Shown: one piece after another, positions 24,458 through 34,647 of the stretch
How the letters are laid out: every line of letters begins with the position of its first letter
Numbering within the stretch: position 1 is the stretch's first letter
Origin: Seison nebaliae
Lineage: Eukaryota
Assembly (NCBI GenBank): GCA_023231475.1
Contig: JALJEE010000366.1
Span: 62,001-96,647, forward strand
Direction of reading: 5' to 3'
DNA: 34,647 bases
Translations under genes and position numbers: made by a program
Notes under the pieces: model-generated
Databases searched by the model: none
Seen by the model: only the letters and a program-made list of their open reading frames with translations
Told to the model about the DNA's origin: nothing

Positions 24458-26870
24458 TTAAAAGAGAAAATCAATCACTAAATATTTATAAAAGTAAAAA
24501 AACTTTTTTATAAAATTTTTAACTGTTGCCATGTTTGACGCATCATATGAGAATGTGACGTCATCGACTTTTCTGCAGTAATCGTCTTTCAAGGACATGG
24601 TTGATAGAGCACCTCTTTGAAGTCGACGAGATCTCCTCATACTCCTCCCATCACTATCGAACTCATTAAATCTCTTATGTTTCTGATAAAGTTTCCTCCG
24701 TTTCGTCTTAATTTCCTGAAGAGAATTTTCACTCAATTCATCACTAGAATCTGACGAATCATCATATCTGTTGAGATAGACATAAAAAAGTTTTCTCAAT
24801 AAGAAAAATATTTAACAAAAAAAACCAGACCTAATCTTCGGACAACATTGAACAGGTAAATGATCTTTATTTAATTTGTTAGCGATGAATAATTGAAGAT
24901 TGGTTTTGGGGAAGCCTTTATCGAACCAGATTTTTTTCGTATCGTATGAATCCAGAATGACCGCCAGAAATAATGATAAGACGACATAAATGAATAGAAA
25001 GATAAAGACGTATAAATAAATTTGGAGAAGAATTTGAATGAATTGATTGTTGGATTTCAGTGCTGTATATGTAACAAAGATTTCGTCACCATTCAAAAGT
25101 GCAAATAAATTATCAGATGTAACTGACAATGATCGAAACTGAGAAATAGTATAAAATTAATTAATTATAAATAGATAGAATTTGAATTGAAGAACTTTGA
25201 TATGATAAGGACCAAAAACGACCCAAGCGAATAAAGTGAATCCGAAATAAAGAGAAATTGCACATATCATATATCTCATGACATTCGGGATTGAGGCACG
25301 AAGAATCAAAATAACAATCTTGAAAGAATATTAAATAGAAAAATTGAAATAAATATCTGAAACTTTCACTAACATTATAACGAGGAAAGAAAGACAAATA
25401 TCTCAACATTCCAAACCAAGCTAACATGGCACTTCCACCTAAAAAGATTGCAGGTAAATCTAAAGAGTTTGTCATTTTCTGGAAAAGATATGTTGAAGAG
25501 ATGAAACAAATATTTTTCGTAACTCCATTTTCACATAATAATTTAAAGATTGAAGCGAAGCAAGCGAGAATGTCATTGATGATGATGAGAATGTACCATA
25601 ATTTGAGAAATTCGTCTTTCTCTCGTTTTGTCAATTTGATCTCATATTTTCCAAATAATTCTTGAACATCCTTCGATTAAATAAAGTTGAAAAGAATGAA
25701 GAAGATTTGAAATGAAAACTCTTTTTAAGTTTTGTGCTCGATAAATTGATCTGATACATAAAATAAACGATAACACACTCAACAAAATGACAATTACATC
25801 TAAACAGACGTAATATTCTTTGGAGGAATTATAAGTTCTCGTATTCTCTCCATAAATATTCCCATGACATTGTAACATGAACGGTAATAGATTAAGAGAG
25901 ACGTCCATTCGGCCACTGTGTACTCGATTTTCGTAAACGATTTCCGTATGTATTTGATAACAGATCGGCTCATGATAAATTAGTGGACGACTTAATTGGA
26001 TAGTTCTCAATTCGAATATCAGTCGAGATTGAACGATTAAATCGAAATCTAATTCATTATGCCATTCCTTCTCAATTAATTTTCGCAAAGAGAAATTCTC
26101 ATATTCTTCAGAAGATTTGTTGAATAAATAAGAATTGAATTTCAAACATTTTTTCTCAATTCGAGAATCGATGGAGTAATATCTTTTACCTGGTGCAAAT
26201 GTTCCATTCCGATATTTCCAAATACAAAATGCGAGAAATGGATCATCTGTTGAATTATTTTGTGAATGTGAATTATTTAATTCGTTGTCTTTTCCTTGTA
26301 AATCACCAGCATTATTGTGCAATTCGATTAAAGGATTCAAATTACTCTCATTAATAGGAACGAAAGCGAAATGACTAATTCCCCATTGTAATGATTCATT
26401 AAACTGTTTTTAAGAAAATGGAAATTTGATGATTTATTTGAAGAAGAAACTTCGGCAACTGCATGATCGACATGTTCATAGAAATCATTCTTGGTCAAAA
26501 CTGAATAAGCTCCCATTGATGGAGGATAAGGTAACGTTTCATAAGCCGGATCCCAATTCTTCAAGAATAATCGTTCAAACATCGTTTGGTGATCGTGAAT
26601 GAATTCGATATGTGACGAACGATCAATTCCAAAGAGGAGAACTTGCAGAGTGATGACAAGAACTTTCAGAATTTGTATACTCAATTTCACCGGCAAATGA
26701 CGACGTACTCGAACCTTCTGACATGGAGTCATAAAAAAGAATTTCAATCGTTTGCGCAACTGTATTTCATGGTGGCAACTATCCTCACCACTTACAGACA
26801 CATTCAATAAATATGTCTTCTCATCATTCATTTTGGGAAGTGGATGTTCTTCACATTTGGAGCTATCCAT
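24458..26870 (-). CDS. MCOLN: Mucolipin (TRPML) lysosomal cation channel
   Basis: Inferred exons: 26870-26451, 26403-25720, 25670-25524, 25478-25374, 25318-25196, 25138-24831, 24767-~24524; the final exon and stop are ambiguous (stop between ~24330 and 24477). Motifs: LRKRLKFFFMTPCQK..PVKLSIQILKV, ENRVHSGRM, WFGMLRYLSFFPRYN, GPYHIK|FRSLSVTSDNLFALLNGDE, FIYVVLSLFLAVILDSYDT, plus an N-terminal dileucine signal EKTYLL. Confidence 0.95.
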
Positions 26871-27799
26871 TTGTTCTGAACTTTAAATTTTTCACTTTAA
26901 TTTTCTTCTCCTAACCAATCTTCAACTAAAAGATAGAGAGAGAAAGAAAGAACATGGAAATCAGTCGGCTCACTTAAAACTAAACAAAAATTGAACATAT
27001 GTTTATTATTTTTATATTTATGTTTAATTATTCTTATCCATCAACCCAGAGAACTTGCAGAGAATTATTATTTCTTTCCTTTAGATTCTAGAGGAATTCT
27101 AGAGTCTAGAAGATTGTTTATAAATGTACATCAGTTATACTCAAAAACTATCACGATTTATTACATGTAACTGCCATAAAAACATCATGACGAACAACTT
27201 TCTCCTTCTCACACAGAACAGAATATGTTACATAAATATTTATTATTTAATATTATTCAAAATTCAGAATTATTAAAATTTTCTTAATGAACAATATAAT
27301 GTATTAAACATATGTCACTCCTGCTAGTTTCTTCCATTGGTCTCACAATGTCAGTAAAAACATTTAGAAAGTAAGGTTCATTTTTACAAGAACTACACGT
27401 AGTGGTCATACTACCCGAACGATTACGATAAGAAATAGTTTCCTACCGGGAAAATAACCAGAGTTTCTATTTCCTTTTCTATACATGATAATTCATATAC
27501 AACGATAAGCAAGAGAAAAACACAACACACAAACATCACAGTTATTTTGAAGATATGTTGTATTTATATGTATAATCATTATATATTATTATTATATTAT
27601 TATAGCCATATATTTTTTCTTGCATTTTGTCTAGTGTTTATTGTTTTATCTATCAACACTTATAAATAAAAAGTTCAGAAATCTCATTTCATCTTAATGA
27701 CTTTAAAAGGTATCCATAGAAATATCTACGAAAAATATTTGATGTGAGGAAATTTATCTGAAATTTTTGTGAGAGACAAAGTTATAAAAATTTTATTGG

Positions 27800-28296
27800 T
27801 CAAACATCTCTCGTTTCAGTATGAAAAATTTCTGGTTCTTCATTATTTCGTTGGGTGATAGTGATCTGTTGGAAGAAAGATTGACTCTTCATTGGATTAT
27901 CCCCTCGTCGTATTGTAGAAGATGGATGTTGTTGTTGATAGAAGGACGGTTTCTCACTTACAATTCTACCAGTATCGGGTTTCTTTTCGAGGAAATACTT
28001 CGGTTTGAAAAATTTTCGTTTCCAATAATTCGCGTCTTTCTTGATCGATTGATTATGATTGTTTATTGTTGAAAAAGATTCATTGAATGGAATCTGGTTG
28101 AAATGAGATGCGAAATCTTCAGCTATCAGAAGAAGTTAAAGGAATTGAAAAAGGAATTCAATTAACGTAGAAATGCATTAGGCTGCGCATTGAAGAATTG
28201 TTCGAACAATTCATCAAATAAATCACCTGCATTACTATATCCAAATAAAACAAATTTATTTCTTTTGGAAATATTTCATTATAATTCTAACCTCAT
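27800..28296 (-). CDS. Three-exon 131-aa protein, weakly HAX1 (HCLS1-associated X-1)-like; not in the ORF track
   Basis: Exons 28296-28292, 28234-28167, 28122-27800; GTTAGA..TAG (57 bp) and GTTAAT..TAG (44 bp) introns with matching phases; AATAAA 2 nt after the stop. Product: MSNAGDLFDELFEQFFNAQPNAFLPEDFASHFNQIPFNESFSTINNHNQSIKKDANYWKRKFFKPKYFLEKKPDTGRIVSEKPSFYQQQHPSSTIRRGDNPMKSQSFFQQITITQRNNEEPEIFHTETRDV*. The gene model is well supported; the family call is tentative. Confidence 0.78.
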
Positions 28297-28510
28297 CTTA
28301 AATTAATTATTGAACTGCGAAATAATTTTCTTCAAAACTTAAAATTTGAAATATTTTTAATTTAAATTTAAAAAAAAATGTTTGATTCTCTTCATATTTT
28401 CTCAATTTATCAATTACCATTAAAAGTTAGCTTTCTACTTTTCTAACTGCGTACATCATATAATAAGAAATTATAAAATTCTTTTCATTCATTTCATTTT
28501 CATTCTACTC
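28297..28510. promoter_or_regulatory. Probable bidirectional promoter region
   Basis: 214 bp of very AT-rich DNA between two divergent start codons (28296 minus, 28511 plus). Inferred from the arrangement only. Confidence 0.5.
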
Positions 28511-30657
28511 ATGCCAGTACAGACGAGAGCAAGAAAATTAAGAGGAAGCAGCACTATTTCGAATGAAGTGCAAAGTGGAGAAACAATAAAAAATGCAAAA
28601 CCGAGAAAACTCAGAAAAGTTGCCCCCAAATCAACAAAACTTAAAAAATCACCGAAACCAAAAGATGAACCGAATTTGAAAATTGAAAAAACTGTCGAAA
28701 AAACATTAGAAAATAATGTTATTTTTGAAAAACTTGACAATTATTCCAATAACTTGAAAGATTATAAAATTTTACCCCGACAACACAATGAAATGAACCG
28801 TTCTAAGATATCAACAAAATCGTTTGATGAATTAAATCCAGAGGATTTCATCATTCTCTCAGATGATGAGACATCGAAAGAAAAAGAAGTAACGTCAAAT
28901 TCTTTCAAAGTGCCTCAAGATTCTAGTTCTATTGAGGAAGATTCATTTCTTAATGAAACTAATAAGAGACATTCTCAACAAGATCGTACTCCATTTTCAG
29001 TGTCAATGAATGAATCGAAATATCGGAACGAGATTAAAGAAAAATTGAAATATCCATGCAAGAATATTGGGAATATTTCACCATTTGATGAACATAATAT
29101 TTCGTTTGGTTCTAATTCTACAACGGACGATATTAAATTAGGAATCATAAAAAGAAAATTGAGTAAAAAGACAGAAAGACTTATTTCGGTTGATAAACAT
29201 GAAATAAGAAAACTAACAGAAGTTAAAACCAACAAACCAACTGAAAAGCAGAATAATGAACTTCTCAATCAAAAAGAAATAGAAAAAGTTATATCAGATC
29301 TAATTATTCAACCTATTATAGATATTCCACCAATAAATCCACAACAGGAAAGTAATAACCAAATTGACGAATATCTAATTCCCGAGGTAACAGATGATGT
29401 TATTGATAAGTGTAAAGAAAAGAGAAAAGATTACTTGATCCCTCACCATAGAGTTAATGATTCATTTTGCATTCAATCATCTGATGAGGATGAAATCGAA
29501 TCTATTCCCCAACAACAAAACCAAAAAAATGATTCAAAAAGAGAAAAGGAAGACATTGAACCTACAATAACTTGTTCTACAGAGCATGGAAATGAGCCGA
29601 ATATCCATAGTTTACCGCAACAACGAAATGAAGACGAGATTGATTGTTTTGTCGGAAAATATCATGACGATGTAAATAATATGGAGGAATTAGGAACTAA
29701 CGAAATAATAGAAAATGACAATAATAGTTTCAACAATCAATTTCAAGGAGATCACGTCACTAGTTCCAATAATCATGATATTGAAATGGATGTGGACAAT
29801 TCTCCAAGGAAAATTTGTCAAAAGAAACCCATTAAAAATTTAAAGGATGCATTTCAGCATAAAGGAACTGAATTTGTCCAAGAAGTTATTACTACTCCCA
29901 AAATACAATTAACAATTCCAATTAATCATCGACACGAAGGAAATGTTGGTAATTCAACATCGGAAAGTACTCGAAATGAGAGTACGTTCGTCAAACATTC
30001 ACCAAAAATAGAATTGATCCCTAAGAAAGGAATTTTAAAAGCACAGGTATCTGAGAATTTAGTGAATAATGATAATGCTGAACGAAAATTTTGTAGGAAA
30101 TCTGTTACTATAAAAGTACCGTCAAAACGAAAAAAAAAATCTTTCATAACTTCCTTCTTCAAAGCGACCAATGAAGAATCGGAAAGTATTAAAAATGATG
30201 AAGACTTTTGTATAGACAAAAGTAAAATGAGAAAAATCGATGGCAAGACAAATTTGGATGGGGGGAAAAGTTATTTCAATATACTAAATTTTTTTCATCA
30301 ATTAATAATTTATTTTCCAGACAAAACTTTGATTAAACGTAAAAGAATAAGAGAAAAAATTGATGAAGAATTTGTTGAAGAGAAGAAAAATCGACCCTAT
30401 AAATTACAACGTCAACAAATGATTGAATTAGATACATTACCGGAAGCTCAATTTGCCGGTATTATCGAATGTGTGAAAGAGTTGCATGGATTTAATGTCT
30501 GTTACCGAAATCTTGTCACTTTCATCATTTGTTTCATGCCGTTTTTTTTTTCATTCGTTTTCTATAAAATTCTCACAAATTCTTTCCATTGTTTGCAGTA
30601 ATTTCCAAATTCCATACTGCCAATAAAAATTTTATTCAATCGACAGTCCAATTATGA
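28511..30657 (+). CDS. Uncharacterised ~690-aa charged, low-complexity (probably disordered, nuclear) protein
   Basis: Long ATG ORF with a basic N-terminus (MPVQTRARKLR..KPRKLRKVAPKSTKLKKSPKPK) and KRKKK clusters. Probable 51-bp in-frame intron at 30270-30320 and a last intron ending at 30598 (donor 30531 or 30541, giving a stop at 30657 or 30626). No family recognised. Confidence 0.8.
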
Positions 30658-31000
30658 TGAAATGAATGATCTTAATTAAAATTGATTGTTTATCAGTCTA
30701 TCTCTCAAGCAGTCCAGTCATCATGATTAATCCATCATGGAACAGAATCATTTTCTCCGATTTTTCAAATTTTCAAATTCTACATTTTATACAATTTTTC
30801 ATAATAAAATTATGTTTAATGAAAAATCATCTTGTTTTATCTTATATAATTATCATAAAATGAGTCCTTTAAGTTAAATTTTATCTGAAGAAATCCATAT
30901 CAAATTGATAGTAATACTCAAAATTATTCCAATGTGGCAGCTCTTTAAGAAATTATAAGATATAATCACTGGTTACCATAGTAATTGAATCAACATTAGA

Positions 31001-34000
31001 ATGAATAGTCGTAATAAATCGGTAAGTTCGAAAAAGCATGTTTCAACTTTCCAAAATTTCAGTTCAATGAATCTATCTCAGATACCGGAACAAATATTTG
31101 TAGGTTAGAAATGTGAATTTTAATGATTTTTATAATTCATTTTTCCATTTCAGAACCGATGAAAATTGTCAAATTGGATTTATCAAATAACACTTTATCG
31201 TCAATTCCGAATGAATTTATGAGTCTACTGAATTTGGAAGAGTTGAATTTGGCAAAAAATTCTATTAAAGTCAAATCAGCAAACGATTATACAACCATAC
31301 CGGAATCATTTTCCAACTTGAAAAAATTGAAAATTTTGAATTTAAGTGAAAATAATTTTTCTTTAGTTCCACCCGTCATATGGAAATGTGTTCAATTGAC
31401 TCATTTAAATCTGAGCAGAAACAAGATCAAAGTTGTTCCCAACGAATTGAGCGAATTGATACATGTGCAATTGTTGAATTTAAATCAGACAGATATTTCA
31501 GTTCTTCCATCAGAAATCGGTTTTTGTGATGAATTGGAAGTTATTTATTTGTATGATAATCAAATCAGTTCGTTACCTGAAACGATATGCGAATGCGTAA
31601 ATCTGAAAAAGATTTATATGAATTTCGAGAGATGTGCCGCTTTAATTGATGAATATATGAGAGATTTACTCTTGAAAGGACAAATGAAAAGTGATCACTT
31701 ACCATCAGTTTTATTCGAATTATCATCATTAACTGATCTCCAATTGAATAATTGTCAAATAAATAATTTCCCTAAGAACGAGTTGGTGAATTTGGAATCG
31801 TTAGATCTTTCCGAAAATTTCTTTCGAACTATTCCAAAAACATTCAACTTTCCAAATTTACTTCAATTAAATTTAATGAAAAATTCAATTGAAGGAGTAT
31901 CAAATGAATTGGTGAATTGTAAAAAATTAGATTTGATAAATCTTTCTCATAATCATATCAGAAAAACGGAAATTACTGAAAAATTTAATTCAATTGAACA
32001 TTTGACAATTTCTCATAATGAGTTGGAGAATGTTGAGAATATTTTATGGTCAATGGAGAATTTAAAATTCTTAAATGTTTCCGATAATCAAATAAAAGAA
32101 CTACCAACTTCCACCATTTACCAACAAATGAATAAACTTGATACATTAATTCTTACCAATAATCAGTTAGAAGATTTACCTCTACATTTTGTTGATTTAT
32201 CGAAAACTTTAACTCATTTACATTCTATCAAATTTTATCATCAATATGGTCTTTGGATATTGCATAATCCTTTAAATAAAATACCGAAATTCATTTGGCA
32301 AACTAATGATATTAATCTAATTTATGATTTTATCAGAAAAAGGAGAATTTGTTCCGATTTGGTAGAAAGTCAATTGAATGTCTGTATTTGGGGAAATCAG
32401 ATAAATGACAGACAAACATTTATAAGTTTAATCTTTAAAGAATATAATCCATTGAAATTTCATGATTATATGACAACCATTAAATCAAATATATTGGAAG
32501 ACATAGATAATCGTCAGGATCTTCATGAAGAATGTGAAGATGAAATATGTGAAAATTCCGAAATTGAAGAAATTAATGAGCAGAATTTACACTTTCCACT
32601 TACCGGCCGAGAAACATTAGGCAAATATCTACTTTCTAAAAATTCTTCCAAAACTTACGATGATTTGCCTTTGATTGAACCAATGACAAATCTGTCAATT
32701 TCTTCTTTTTATTCCGAATTAGCTCGACACCAAAATAGAATCAAAATCGATAAGAACCTTCATCGACTAAATACCGCGTCATCAAAATATCGGCTACGTA
32801 GCGCTGTGACAGATTATAGTGCGGTTGGTGGTGAAAATGAAAATAAGAAGAATGAATCATTGAATAAAATTATTAATATAATACAAATGCATCATGTAAA
32901 GACATATCGGAAATGTTCCATTTCTATGACCGAATTGAGCGATCATTATGTCCATTTGGAAATATGCAAATTATTTGCATCAAATATTAACGATCATATT
33001 CTTGTGTTCAATCTGGAAGAAGATTCTAAAAATATTTCTCATATTCGTCGAATAATATTTCAGATTAATAATAAAGTTAATGTCTCAGAATATAATCAGA
33101 AGAAAAATTCAATATTTTTATGTTCAGTGATTAAAGATGAAATTGATTTATATTCAATTAGAGAAAATTTGGAAGATTTATCAAACTTATTAAAAGATGA
33201 GATAGAAATTGAAACGGATAACGAAACTACCATATTTCTTATTTCAAAGATCTATCGAATAGAAGATGAGATGAATTCAATCAAATATTTCATTGGAAAT
33301 GTCGATCAATTAATTCAGCTAATAGAATTACATAAAATATCAAATGAAAATGAATTAGTTACTAATAAGTTAATTAAATGTTTAAGAAAGCTGAATGTAA
33401 TTGAAACGATGAACAAAGATTTGATATCGAGAATTGAAAATGACATGAAATTATATGATCAAAATTTTCAAGCGATCAATTATTTAGAAAAACTTCGAAA
33501 TCAAAATGCGGTGTTGATGGTAAAAAAAGATGATCTCGAATTTATTTGTCCTCATCTGAAAGTATTAAATGACATACTTTCAAAAATTTTTTTGGTGAAT
33601 GTAAAGGAAATTTTATGGAACAAAAATAATAGAATAGTGAACACTGATGAACATCTTTCGGAAGATATTTTATTGGAAGCAATTAATGAGTTGAACATAA
33701 AAGGAAAAATGTCGAGGAATATGCTCAAACTTTTATTTCTGTTAAACAATCCACAATATAAAGTGACAGATGACCAAATATCAAATATTCTTCAATTCTT
33801 AATAGTAATCAATTTTGCATACTTTTCACCTCTAACAACAACAAGTTTATATTATTTTAATTTGTTCCCATCAATTATTTTCCAGTTGATAAGAAATTGT
33901 TAAAACCGTTCATTATGGTTCCCAGTTATTCAAAAATTCGATGTCATAATCAAAATGATGTTGAGAATATTTGTAAATTATACTTGGAAAATAGTTCTCG

Positions 34001-34199
34001 TTTAATCGAAGAAAAACAATTGAATGGTAATGAATTAGATAATATGACGAAAGAGTTCGAAGACTATGAATATATCGATTGTATTCATAGCACTTCAACA
34101 ATCATAAAGTCATTCATATGCCCCAATCGGAAGATTTGTGCTTTCTTGGGTTTAATGTTCAACGAAATGATTTCTATAAAATTAATTTATGAAATTTAA
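31001..34199 (+). CDS. Leucine-rich repeat ROCO-like protein (MFHAS1-like LRR-ROC-COR architecture) with a degenerate ROC domain
   Basis: Inferred exons: 31001-31103, 31154-33844, 33886-~34199 (introns 50, 41 bp; 3' end uncertain). Many LxxLxLxxNxL repeats up to ~32270, an LRR cap (GLWILHNPLNKIPKFIW..IYDFI), then ROC-like strands LNVCIWG and ISMTELSDHYVHLEICKLFASNINDHILVFNL, then a helical COR-like region. Confidence 0.8.
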
Positions 34200-34647
34200 T
34201 TCGTTTTTATTATGGTGACGACGCATAATGCACCATGCACATTATTCAACGATCATACATATAATTTATAATTACTAAATATATTAATGACGTGTAATTT
34301 CAATTATTCTAAGTTTTTTCTTCAAACTGACCAATCAAGTTTAGGTACGTAAACTTCTTTAATTGGACTTTTATATAGAATTAAAATTTAATAAATTTAA
34401 AATTAAATGAAGTAAATAAGTTTTGTTCACTATAAATAGGACAATGTTTCAAGTATTATAACTTATATATTTTCGGACGATTTATAAAAATTTAATACCA
34501 AAATTTGGTTCTAGGGGATTTTGGCCCAGCCATCGCTTTTTTGAACAAAATGGCGATTTTGGCGCCATTTTTTTTTTCTCCAAAATGATAGAAGGAAAGA
34601 CTAAATCTTTCATTTTGTCGATTGCTCGGCCGGAAATATGTGGGGGA

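Noticed and set aside
27284..27445. Minus-strand ~52-codon frame (ETISYRNRSGSMTTTCSSCKNEPYFLNVF..) upstream of mucolipin
   Set aside because: Short, no homology recognised, and the upstream exon is only speculative. It may be UTR or intergenic.
1..34647. Prokaryotic systems (CRISPR arrays, defence operons, IS elements), tRNA/rRNA genes, alternative genetic code
   Set aside because: The sequence is intron-containing animal DNA, and all conserved genes translate with the standard code once spliced. I saw no repeat-spacer array, cloverleaf, rRNA or transposase/RT motif.

Overview
This is AT-rich, gene-dense eukaryotic (animal, probably compact-genome invertebrate) nuclear DNA, not prokaryotic. 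Genes are split by short GT-AG introns (mostly 41-73 bp), so the six-frame ORF track fragments them. Manual splicing gives nine genes: (1) the 3' part of a spectraplakin (MACF1/dystonin/shot; spectrin repeats, EF-hands, GAS2 domain); (2) a 5-exon, 107-aa putative secreted protein absent from the ORF track; (3) NKAP; (4) a CELF3-6/bru3/unc-75-type RNA-binding protein with a 6.9-kb intron, a candidate alternative first exon and no visible RRM3; (5) PAPS transporter SLC35B2; (6) mucolipin (TRPML); (7) a 3-exon, 131-aa weakly HAX1-like gene absent from the ORF track; (8) a ~690-aa charged, low-complexity unknown protein; (9) an LRR-ROC(-COR) MFHAS1-like protein with degenerate GTPase motifs. The most striking window-wide signal is that 21 of 22 splice donors in the conserved genes start GTT/(+3 = T) rather than GTA/GTG. 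I saw no rRNA, tRNA, CRISPR array or recognisable transposon. All family calls come from motif recognition by eye, not database searches.
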